NCBI GenBank assembly: GCA_040954595.2
Contig: CM082585.2
Span: 7,665,353-7,729,352 of the forward strand
DNA: 64,000 nucleotides
Direction of reading: 5' to 3'
Source of the DNA: Balanoglossus misakiensis
Taxonomy: Eukaryota > Animalia > Hemichordata
The notes under the pieces were generated by a model. The model ran no database searches. It was not told where the DNA came from and saw only the letters and a list, made by a program, of their open reading frames with translations. The translations under genes were made by a program, and so were the position numbers. This document shows, piece by piece, positions 40,601 to 52,730 of the stretch (within the stretch, counting starts at the first letter, position 1; every line of letters starts with the position of its first letter).

Positions 40601-43600
40601 TTGTGTCATTTCTTACACGAGAAAACAAAACCGACCCCATCCTGTTACCTGATCGATCATCTTGATGTCGTCTGTGATGTTCATACTTCGATCCGAACGA
40701 CAGGTTGGGTCTTGTGGTTTAATAGGCGTATATCGTTTCAAGCGACTTCATATATACCATGATATATATCCTTACACGATAAAGCTTATTTACAGCATGC
40801 TGTTTAATGTCATTAGGGTCAACGTGACCAGCTTTTGACTGACTTCAGTGATATAATCTACTCAAACAGAGTGAATGATGACTTATAATCGTTAAACGCC
40901 ACACCTCACGTCTTCTATTAAAGATGGCGTCCTCTATTTGCACTGACATGACAGTTTGAATTGTATCTCTTGCAGCGTGTCCGAACAGTGCTGCGCCCGC
41001 CCAAGCGTTCTTCAACGACGCAACGAGCAAGTGCTATTGGTTGACAGCTATAAAAAGTTGGCAGACCGCCGAAGACGACTGTAATTTGACGGAAAACTCT
41101 ACGTTGGTTATGATCGCCACAACGGCGGAGGCGGATTTCGTCTACACCAAGGCCATCGAGAAGGAAGCGGGGTAATTTTTTTTTCATCGTCGACAGTTTG
41201 CACTAGTATCATATAATTCTTTCCCAAAGGTGTGCGTTGTCAAATGTGGCAAAGCACCTTTCTGTACATCAGGGAATAGACTGTGTTGATAATTGAGACT
41301 TTTACCTCAGAAACCCTTGTTGAAGTTGCAGGTGCGGCGCCGAGGGCATTTCTGAAGGCCTTGTGTTTCGTGGATCAAAGCCAGCGACTATATGCGTTTC
41401 ATTATCGCGTTATGAAAGTTACTATTCAAGAAATTATAGGCCTACTACATATAGGACGCGTCAAAGTCAAAGGGATGCATAGAATCAGTAATATGCTTTG
41501 GTAATTAGTTGCCCTTCGTTTGGCAAAGAGCCCGATAAAATGGTAAATTCTAATGTTCTGGCCCTGAAATGACCCCACTTTCTTTTTTCAATCTAACTCT
41601 GCAAACACTCTGCAGATTTCCACTTGTTTTGCCCACCCTGATTGAATATGTTGCCGTGGCAACCAAGAAACCCAGCAGAGGGGATATATTGCCTTATAAC
41701 AAATATTCAAGTCCGATGTCATCACGCTAACCATTTCAGATTTGTGTTTTCCTCTTTCCAGGTTACTATGCACGTGGATCGGACTACATCACGACGGCGC
41801 TGCCTGGGTCGACGTCAATGGCGATTCTGTGACGTACACCAACTGGGTAGGGGGCGTCGTCCCGCCGGCCACCGACTGTGGGGCGATTTCTTTTCCGGAG
41901 AGCGGCCAGTGGGACTCGAAAGACTGCTCTCTGCCGTTCTACCCCGGCATCTGCGAACTGAAAAGTAAGACCTTCTTGATCTGCGCTTTAACGCTTTATA
42001 GCAACACCCACACTTGTTTACCGGGGACGACTGCATGCGCAACGCTACTCCGTTCCAGATCAGCAAGTCTGGGAGGCATGTAATGACGTCAGCCCCCAAG
42101 AAACAAATATAGGCGAATTGTGTGACTCGTAATTCTCACGGAAAGTTAACGCTCTCTTTTTTTCTTTCATCTCAGTTGAGTTCCCCACAACAACCAGCCA
42201 TGAATCAACAGTAGCAACCGACAATCCGACCTTGGCGGAAAACTCGAACATCACAGAAGCGTCAAGATTGGAGGTAAGGTTAGATTTTAAAGTTGGAACA
42301 CTCAGATTGTGACATAAAAAATCGCATCACTGCTTGCTCGCTCGGTTGGTTGGTTGGTTGGATGGATAGATGGTTGATTGACCCCATCCAATTCTTTGAT
42401 TTATAAAACAAGACGGAGCTTGGAAACATACGCCATGCAGTTGTCACCGGCAACCAACCGGAGGACCACGCATCAGTGGCCGCCATCTTGGAGGAAGTGA
42501 CGTCACTCCTGCTCTCCTCTTCCTCTGACCTGACGCCGAAATCAATCGACAGTTTGATGGATATCACAACAGCCGTTTCCAGAGTCAGTGCGCAATATCA
42601 GGACACAGTTGAGGTAGCAAATTTCTCCATTTCTTCTGATAACTTTGTTACCTGTCTCTCTTTTTTTCTCAATGGTATATTCGTTGTCTTTCCATAACAT
42701 ACAATTTTTAAAATTACTTGGGAGTTTCCACTTTGTTCCATGGATTTGCAACGTCAATCATCTAGTGAACGCATCCTCTACATCTAATATTCCAATATGG
42801 CGGCGTATGGAAATCAGTATGACGTCATCGGTGACACAGCGGTGGCGTTCACACGATATCAGCAGGTGTGAATAAACATTCTCGTCACTTTTACATTGTC
42901 TCTTCAGGATGTTCTCGACATAACAGATATCATTCTGACAGAGGATAATAAAAGATCGTTGGTTGCAGAAGTAAGTGGTCAATATTATCACCTTTACAAA
43001 AAATTTCACCACGCAAGAATATCAATTCCACTGCAAATCTGTAGTATTGGCCCTCTCGCTCCAGGAAACACTTTTCGGTGCCTGAATATTTTCCTGCTGG
43101 TAATATTACATCAGTAGCTATGGTGATGAAAGTTGTTGCCAGGACGCGCTGTTGAAAGTTATTGGGTAATGGTGACTGGTCGGATAACCAATACCCCTGA
43201 CTGACGGACTGATCGAAATGTCTACCATTGATTTTCGTTGATGTACGTGCGTGCTATCATAACAACAATTCAAGATGTCTATAATCGTTGCATTCGATTC
43301 ATCTCGTCTCTTTTCAGAGCTCCGAAGACACCTTTGCCCACTTTCTACAAACGATGGACGCGTTCACTTTCCAAATCGCGTCGGGAAACTCAGTAATAGA
43401 TGACTTCCTCGCGATGGACAATTTAGGTGCGGTAGACATCTTTTTGGATGACTGAAATCTCCCCAAACACGTTCACTGTTCATATACTGCCATTAGTACG
43501 ATGCATACACCATTCTTGCCCAAAACGGACATTTTCACTATCCTCTTCTTGGCGTTTCAGACCTTCACTCTCAGTACGGTGTCAAGCCGGACAAAGACGA

Positions 43601-46600
43601 CTACTACCTCGAGGTCAAAGGTGACGGTTACAGCAGTGGAGTTTTGGTACCACATGACATATTCCACGAGCGTCTTGGTAAGGGGAAACTCTATCACATA
43701 AAATCGCACCCGACGCATTCTGTCAGTGTGCATTTATTTCGAGGAGTTTCCGGAGTCACACACAACGTATTTATAGTAATACTGTGGAATACGACGATTT
43801 CCGTATAGGTGTCCGGGTCACATGTAGTGTATTTATACTAATACTGAGCAAAATACACCGCTGAAGAATCAAACTGGTTTCTACTTCCAGGCAACATGGC
43901 CGTGTTAGTGTACAAAACACTGCATCAGGTGGCTCCCGACCAGACAGCTTCTCATCCAACGGGCGATTTGACGTTCAACAGCCACATCTACGCGGTGTCG
44001 TTTGTTCTGGAAGACGGTAAACAGGCCAACTTCACCGACGAGCTCGTATCGTTCTATTTCCAAAGATTGGAGGCAGGTCACGTTTACTTACTTACTTGTA
44101 TATATCATATGCATCACGAGATGTGAATCTTCAATGTACATTATCGCTGTTCTTATACATAACCGTGCTTTTATTTTATTTCTGCACAACTTCGTCACAT
44201 GTAGGGCTCGACAGGCGGTCAGCAATGTTCATTCTGGCGACACGATCTAAGGTAATATCACGTTGTACGTTTGGCACGAAAACCGCATAGTAGGTATCGA
44301 TAGGTTTTGCCTTTAAATGCGTCTCCTTGCACGGGCCTTCCGCCAAGACTTCAGATACAACATATAAATTTTACTCTTCCAATTCAAATGTATGTTAAAA
44401 AGTCAACTCAGATGGAGAAATCATGTATCGGTTTCTTGACAGGGCGTGGTCAACTGAAGGCTGTTTCATGGACCACGGTGCCGGCAATGCAACTCATACG
44501 GTCTGTCGCTGTAACCACCTCACCAACTTCGCCATCTTGATGCAATATACCGAGGTGAGAATTCTTTGCTTTATACTTTCCTATATACACTATATGGCGT
44601 CACATAGTATATAATACCTGGGAGGGTGCGGTTTAATGGCAGTGAGAGCAAAATTGAACTATGCCCGTGAAATTATCTAAATGCATCGAGTTCACCCTGG
44701 CTTTAAACCTCACTTGGAAATATATAGGCTAGCGTATTAGTGTAATCCCCTGCCTCAAATCCACACAACGGCTAACAATGCACTAGGGGATCGAGTCTCT
44801 CTGCATATAGCTCAAGGCCAACACTTGCGCTGCGTGATAAATGCCCGCTGCTGCGTCCGGTAAAAATCCACGGCGACCTTCAGCTTGTGGTGCGACCTTT
44901 GTCATCTATCAATACGTGTACTTTTTTTAACAGGTGGCTAATTTAGGAATCCACGAAGATATCTTGCAGTACATGACGTATATCGGCGTCAGTTTGTCCA
45001 TCCTGTGTCTCATAGTAACGCTCCTCATATACCTTATCGGCAAGTAAGTGATCTGACCTTTGACTAAAACTATAATTTAAGTGTTCTTTTATTGATCTAT
45101 TTTGTACGTGATGGCCCTTGCAGTAGAATCAGTATTCAGACAGATCTTGGTATTTCGAGTGATTTTTATATCTTTTTTGTATATAGCAATTAGCGAAACA
45201 ACATCATGCATATAACTGTTCTATTTGCAGGCTTTTAAAGTCACAGCGAATTATCATCCACGCTAACTTGGCCATGTCTTTGCTGGCTGGTCAAGTCATC
45301 TTCATCGGCGGAATTGACGCGACGCATAACTCCGTAAGTCCGATCGAGTTGTGTTAACCGTTTTCTCTATTAGAATGAGAGATTACTAAGTCGTTGCCAT
45401 GTGAATTTTGATTAATTTGCGTATCATATTGCCTTATAAAGAATTTAATTTTGTCACTTGGTTTCGAAGTATAGTTTGAAAATATTTTTTTTGGTCTGTT
45501 TTGTTTTTAGACAATCTGTACCACAATCGCCTTTATGCTGCACTACTTTTTCCTGGCAGCGTTTTCGTGGATGTTGATTGAGGGAATTCATCTCTACATG
45601 AAATCGACCATGATATTCGGCAAAGAAATCAAGACATGGGTTTTCTTCTTACTGGGATGGGGTAAGTGTGGACTATCGTGCGACAATGACGATGCGAGGC
45701 AGATCTCGAGGGGACTGATTCTTCAGTTTTAGGCGTCATAACGTCGAGAACTGCTGCTGTGTCAGTTTTACTTAATTACCACTCTTGCATTTCAGGTCTT
45801 CCCATAGTCATCGTGGGGATAACGTTTGCCATTCGACATGACGGTTATGGCCGTGAGGGTAGCGGGAGCTGCTGGCTTTCCACGGACAACGGACTGAGCT
45901 GGGCTTTCATCGGTCCCATCCTTGCCATTGTCCTCGTAAGTTGAAAAGTTCGTGGGGTTTGTTCAACTATGATAGCAGAGTCCACAATACAATTCTCTCA
46001 CGAGGGCTATGCGTCTTGGTAGAAGTAATGATAGTCTATAGTTATGTTTTCGTTCTCTGCAGTCTGGGGGTTTTCTTGGGGGATTTAGTTCATCCACACT
46101 TTCATTCGCCTTTGTTCTGTTTCGCCAGATAAACACCATCATCCTCATCATGGTAATCCGCGTGTTCATGACTTTGAAAGCGAATGCGGACAAAACTGAG
46201 GTGCAGCGAGTCAAGTAAGTTGACACGATTGATCACAATGTTGGCGACAAACGGTTGCGTGGTCGGAATTTCACACAGTATTCTTTGGGTGCTTTTGGCC
46301 GTTTCGACAGAATCGTCATACACTTTATATGAAAAGTAACGTTTTTGTCGTCGTCGTCTCCACAGGACTGGAATTCGCGCCATTTTAATGTTGCAGCCAT
46401 TGCTTGGTCTCTCTTGGCTGTTCGGTGTGTTCGGCATGGACGCCAATACCGTCATTTTCCAGTACCTGTTCGTCATTTGCAACTCTCTCCAGGTAAGACA
46501 ATGACCCAAAAGACAACGCTGCTTTGGATTATCAACAAATTAGACGCTCATCGCTCGGTGTTCAAAACAGCTTTTGTGCATGCGTAACAAGGGCCAAATG

Positions 46601-47380
46601 ACATTTCCAAGAAGGCAGATGACTGGCCAATCGATTGGTTGGTTGGCTGATTGACTGGTTGGCTGTTTTGTTGTGGTTGGCTGGTTGTGTGATTCCATAC
46701 TTTCACACTTCTGGGCGTTTGGATACAATGGTTTTGAGTAAAACCGAATTGTACTCTCTCTTCCACAGGGCGTGTTTATCTTCATCTGCCACTGTGTCAC
46801 GAACGAAGAGGTAAGCTCTCTTTTCCCGGCATCCTCTCCTACTGAAATTTCTCTTTGACTTTCCCAAATCTATTCGATAGGCTCGACCCAGATTCTCTGA
46901 TGAGAAGGGCAACTGGTCTACTGAAGGGACATTTCCTAAACTGTAGCAGGCCGATCTTTAGCTTAAAGACATGTTGTCCTTAATTTTGCCGCGCGTTTTA
47001 TTCCCAGGTGAGGTGCATCTTCCTGAAGAGATACAAGAAGATGGCGTCGGCGGTGAACACGACGTCATCGGGAACATCCTCGTCCGCGATGACCGAAACA
47101 ACCCAGGCGACAACAAAGGGCCAAGCCCAAGGTACATGTATGTTACAACTAATACTTTCGATAAAAGACAAGAGAAATACACTTAGGAAACTGTGTGTGG
47201 CGTCCGATCCACCGACACTGTGCACACAAAAGCGTGCATTTGAAAATCAGCCATAATGATATGGTAAGACACGCATATCCTCATAAATACCAAGCACAAC
47301 ATTTCTCACTAAACAAAACCCACGTTGTTCTCCTTCCAGCTCTTCAGGGCTCTACCTCTTCGAAGAAGGCCTGGATTTAA
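37622..47380 (+). CDS. Adhesion GPCR (family B2; ADGRD1/GPR133-like 7TM) with three C-type lectin domains, Ser/Thr stalk and GAIN/GPS; 24 exons here plus candidate exon 14830-14880
   Basis: Phase-consistent exons: 37622-37673, 38195-38380, 39335-39524, 39789-40045, 40317-40556, 40976-41171, 41762-41964, 42176-42273, 42413-42613, 42908-42970, 43318-43426, 43561-43677, 43891-44072, 44205-44251, 44443-44554, 44934-45043, 45231-45333, 45511-45661, 45796-45935, 46129-46214, 46366-46492, 46769-46810, 47008-47131, 47340-47380 (3228 nt including exon 1 = 1075 aa + stop). GPS: CSFW...WSTEGC...TVCRCNHL|TNFAILM. 7TM motifs: IHANL, LHYFFLAAFSWMLIEGIHLY, GWGLP, CWLS, WAFIGP, PLLGLSWLFG, NSLQGVFIF..HC..NEEVR. 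Confidence 0.93.
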
Positions 47381-47820
47381 ACGACGGGTCTATTCAGCGA
47401 TCACAACAGCCAATCGCAGGAAGACAACTATAGTCTTCATACTGCGTCCTGGAGACGACACAATCTAAACAAAGCCTGCGCAGTGGTCATTCGGTCAGCT
47501 ATCAAATTACGAAGTTGCACACGTCATGTATAGTTTTCAACAGACAGTGCAGAATTAGACCGGCACATGTGGTGTTCACTTAGTAAAAAATCATTCAATA
47601 CTGGGCGTCATCTTGCCTCCTTGGAGATGGCAATTTGACTCAGTCATTCTGAGAGCTGACTCTCATTGCTAGGCGATTTTGTGACGTAGATCGTGAATTA
47701 GACTACATTGTACTAAACACTCATATCTCATATTATATTTATCGATAAATGAACGTTACAGATGTACATTTTATACACAGTATATTTACTTCTACAGAGA
47801 GATGACTATCACTTATATTA

Positions 47821-47936
47821 GTTTAAAAGCCACACTGTTGTCAAGTGCGTATGTCCAAAACATTGAGTCCAACGACAACTTTTGAGTCAGACTGACAGCT
47901 ACGCATGCGCACCGGACGACAGTGTCGCTTTAAAAC
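47821..47936. mobile_element. Short palindromic MITE (Kolobok-like), probably in the GPCR 3' UTR
   Basis: GTTTAAAAGCCACACTGTTGTC versus reverse complement of the right end GTTTTAAAGCGACACTGTCGTC; inner TGCGTA/TACGCA also pair. Confidence 0.65.
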
Positions 47937-49496
47937 GACCATCTGGTGTGAGCAGCACTAACTGCTGTTTTTTTCGTACTCATTGTTCGGTTCATTCCGT
48001 CAGAGAGATTCAAAACTTGTTATATTTTATAACTTCGATATATACATGTATATATACACTACAGTTGATGAAGCTTTGTATTTTATTCGGGTCGTAACCT
48101 TTGTGAGCAATTACGTCGTGTTCAGCTCTTTCCATTCCGTCCAAAACGTGAATCTCGCAGTGCTATCACAGCGAGTCCAACTTGCCCGGCGCAAAAAAAT
48201 AGGACCACTTGAATAAATCGAAAATAAGCCATCGTATTATTCTTCGGAAATATCAGGAATTTATTAGTAGCCAACCCCCTTAAACCTAACCTTCACCCCT
48301 TCCCCACTTCAAGATGAATGTCACGGTTAAACCTCGGGAGGGCCTGAATCATAGGAACTGTACGTTATGTATTTTCATGTCAGCATTATTTACGCATTGT
48401 GTTATTTCCGGGAGTTAAGAATAATTTCGATTGAGAGTTTAAAAGGATTTGTAAGACTTTTAAGTGTTATTTAAAGTATTGTACTTAATTATACCAGATA
48501 ATATCTTTATGTGATTAATATTATTGTTTGTTTGTTTGTTTGTTTTTTCGTTCGTTCGTTTACCTGTATGTGTGCGTTGGTGTATATGTTTCCTCAACAC
48601 TGAATTATTTGGTTGTTGTTTATTTATGCTTTCACTGTCCATTGATAGAACATGCATATCAATGATTTATAATTATCTTAAGTATGGCTTTGTTGTCATG
48701 AAATGTAAAGTACGCGATAATTTATTGAAATAAAAATGTTTGTGATTTCTCAAACTTTTGTCATATAGTGAAAACGTATGTCCACAGGGTGTTCTAATAA
48801 ATGTTTCATAATTGTGTTTGATATAGAAATAAAATTTGCATTGGTTTGACCTGCTACAAATTGGAGACTTGAAGCGACCACCGGAAGGAAGTAAAATAAT
48901 ATCAGAAAATAAAAAACAAACTTCATGTGATAAAATTAAACGAGCTCGTCTGGGCGCCTGTTGGTTGTAAACAGTGCATGACAGCCCGGGGCTTCTTTGA
49001 GGTACAGCAATTATTTTAGATTCGATTGCAATAATTCTGTTTGTTTCGTGAATGTTATTTTTGACTGGCAGGATTTGCATGCAGTGAAATAAAAGTCACT
49101 AGTTAAATTGCTTTCGAGGAAAGTCTTATAAAGCAGGGATTAAAGAGAGTTTTCTCTAAACATTATCATACACGCGCTGTTGGACTTTTTTCTTCACGAC
49201 TACAGTTTTGAAATGCCATTTTGATTTATAACTTTATGTCAGGCAGTTTTCTCGGGGGTGTAGTGATTATATATCCCACGCTCAACAATCTTATCATTAG
49301 TCTTGGAAATATTTATGGTTGATCACATGCCTTTTCTTGCTAAAGTTTATATGTAAAAGACTCATTGTTCCTCGCAGTACCTTTTGTTCCTCCCATCACA
49401 AACAGACAATAGTGACATAATCAGACAAAGGGGACAATCAATTCTAAATCGACTTAAGGTGATGACTTACGCGCTGTCAGCAGGCTTAATCGACAA

Positions 49497-49568
49497 GCGT
49501 TGGTGGTGTAGTGGTTAACATAGTTGCCTTCCAAGCAATTGTCCCGGGTTCGATTCCCGGCCAACGCA
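49497..49568 (+). tRNA. trnG-TCC: tRNA-Gly(TCC)
   Basis: Identical 72-nt sequence to the copy at 26101; T5 terminator at 49577-49581. Confidence 0.97.
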
Positions 49569-50916
49569 GTCCACTCTTTTTGCAACTTGTAGTGCTACTG
49601 CTTGATTTTAAACATTGCCGTTTTTTAACGAAGTCCACGTCAATACTTAACATTTTTTTTTACTGAAATGGTGGCTAAATTTCACCAGAAAAAAATACAT
49701 CAAAATAGGGGTGGACCCGGGGTCATTTTTACTTCACTTCGGACACGCGACTCAAGCGTGTAAAACATCGCGCACAGGTGTACACCGCGACCAACGGAAA
49801 ACAGGTCTCAGCAGTCAAAATACACTGCCAATAGCCAGCCAGAGCTACAACACAAATATTATAGCATCTAGAAAATAAAGTAATGACTTACTCTGAAACA
49901 CATTGACATCCAGTGATCCACGTGGTTACGGTTGTCCGTTCCTGTCGCGTCCAGGCACACAATATATTCCCTGTTATTTGATATTCCTTGCGAGGCATAA
50001 CATAATATCCATCGTGGGAAAACGAAGACTGCAAGAAAAAAGTCGTAAAGTTCATTGGCCTCGGAGACTTGTAAGCACAGGTGGCTCCGTGTAAGTGGCG
50101 ATTGTCTTTGCCCTATATATGTACGTCCTCTGCACTTGTCTGTGGCACTGTGATCAAACATGTTTATCGTTATACATATCATCCATGTATATTAGTGTGT
50201 ATATCTGTTGTCCCCTCGTTTTATTTGTTAATGTTACTTTTCCTTGAGTGAATCCTCGAATGCCAAAGTTCTCGTCTCTGGCGAGGGGCAGTCTCGCATG
50301 CACGTTTGAAACATCACAAATTGTCGTTCATTTCACAACACGTGTACGCTAGGCCTACACTGTAGGCCTATCATGACACAGGCACCGTACGCGTGGAAAA
50401 TCCAAATCGACCGCACACACGACGAACAATTAACTCTACCTTTTTTTCCAACCGCACTGACTTGTTCAACTTCACGTACACTCCGTAGTTTGGCAATGGT
50501 AAAGCGTTATTGTACGACACACGGTTGACAAGTTGCAAGCCGACGACGATCTCGACATTTTTTTTCGTCTGCTATTTTAACAACCGGAACTGAACAGTAA
50601 AGCCAAAGGTCATTGACGGCGCCCTCTTGAGAGGCAACGCTGACGCATGACGCTGACGTGGCTTGGAATGTGGGAACAACATAGCGGCCCCTGACGTTTC
50701 GTTGTCACTTTAAAGACAGATAAACTCACGCTTGAACGATGTTTTATATTACCAGCGTCTTTTAAAAACAAGTCAATTCAAGATCAACGTATTTAAAACA
50801 AAGACCGAGTCGCTTAACACATATCTCGCACTCACGTGACCGTCAAGCGGCTGTCCTCGACGCGACGTTGCCACGTAACGCATTTTGGTGGGAGTGTTGC
50901 CTCTCATTGTAACACG

Positions 50917-50988
50917 GCGTTGGTGGTGTAGTGGTTAACATAGTTGCCTTCCAAGCAATTGTCCCGGGTTCGATTCCCGGCCAACGCA
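50917..50988 (+). tRNA. trnG-TCC: tRNA-Gly(TCC)
   Basis: Identical 72-nt sequence; T6 terminator at 50995-51000. Confidence 0.97.
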
Positions 50989-52730
50989 CGTATATTTTTT
51001 GCAGTAAAATGCATGATTTTATTTTTATTCATCACATTCGCTTATTTCCACAAGTTCTCACCTAAAATTACATACTGTTTCTTTTCCGGTTATTTTTTTA
51101 TAATCGGTTTGTTTTCTTTAATTTCATCTATAATGTGGTCCTTATGCCAATGCTTTCCTTTCTAGTCAGTCAGTCAATTCAATACATATTATTTCCAACG
51201 TTTTGGGTGTTTTCATAATCATCTGCTGTCATTTCTGCGTCAAAGATGCAATTTGCTGCAAGGAGGCGGCGTCGAGGAATAATTTTTTGGCACTTTTTTG
51301 TGCCCGAGTCTATCAAATAAATGTTAGTCATCATGCATGGTTGAGGGCGCTCGTCTCATCTCCAGCAACGTTTGCACTGACAGACGAACAACAGGTAGTC
51401 AAATCATGTGCAACGGTATAATCGATCAATTTGTGTAATTGGAGCATAATCAGAGCATAGCCAGTCATCGTGTTTTGATTACCAGTCTCGGTATCAAAAC
51501 AAACAAACACTGGGTTTTTATTTATGTTTAAATAAATAAGACAAAACATGTCTTTATATTTTACCTGGACATTCATTCATTTCGGTTGTCCGAGTTTCAT
51601 TCGGAACAATTTGTCTCTTCTATCGGAAACTGCGGTTATATTACACAGTTTTATAAACTATGAGACGATGTTAAGTATAAAAGTAAGCCTGATATTGTCT
51701 GGTATCGGTTGAAACCGTTCGTTGTCCCAAGAGACCTGCTCTCCCCTAAAATCACATGGAATGTCCCAATTCAGCGTCTTTTGCCCAATGGCGGATAGCG
51801 CGCTCGCCACGTGACTATCACCATCACGACCCAAAACACTGATTAGCATTCATCCCTGATTGAATGTGAAAAAGGTACGACAAAATGGACGAACTTTGAA
51901 GGAATTCGGCCGAAACACAGCAGGTTGGTGACACAGCTAATTGTGATCTTCAGTCCGATTGAAAGTTGGGAATCGTCACGATCCAAAACATTTGACAGTC
52001 GAACGCTAGCGTGGACGATAGGCATTTGCTCTAACAGGTGGAATTCGGGACGGTCCGAGGCCCCCGTTGCAACAAACACGGCATATGTCTGTTGCATTGT
52101 TCGTTCTGTTATGAAATTCACACCTCCGCCTTCGAACGTCTTCGGCATACGTTTGATCAATCGTGGCAACACTTCTTGTGTAATCGGTGATGTTTTAACA
52201 TTTTATTTGTCAAATCGTGGGCAGTATATCCAATCAGCCTACTTCCGGGTCCTTTGCGCTCGTCGATCGACCCAGGGACAGAAAAAACGGTTTTGAGACT
52301 CTTCAGATAACTGCGATGGCCCCACAGCATCGCCGCAATAATCCCAGTCACGTCTGTCTACTAGTATTATAACTGTGGACATCATACGATTCTATTTATA
52401 AATTATAGATATTGTGTGGTTTCTGCTTTATAAAGAGTCTATTCATTTATTATACAGTTATTTTTTTACTAGCGTGATCATTCAGGCGAGAACTGAAAAT
52501 TGTTTATTACAGTTATTTGGAGATGACTCTGTTAATATTGAATTCCAATTTCTACGTATTTCCTAATCATGCTAATGGCATTTTATAATTTCATTTGTGT
52601 TGCTAGGTTGTCAGTAGACGTCCTTTGGGAAACCATCCACTCACTTGATTTAGTTGTGTATTTTTCATGGTCCCGCGAGAGGAATCTTACCCAAAGGGAA
52701 ATATAAACACACACCAGTCGTTATAAAAAC

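Noticed and set aside
51658-52351. Overlapping 60-120 aa ORFs upstream of ERICH6
   Set aside because: No recognisable domain or consistent splice structure; probably a CpG-rich promoter region or decayed element.
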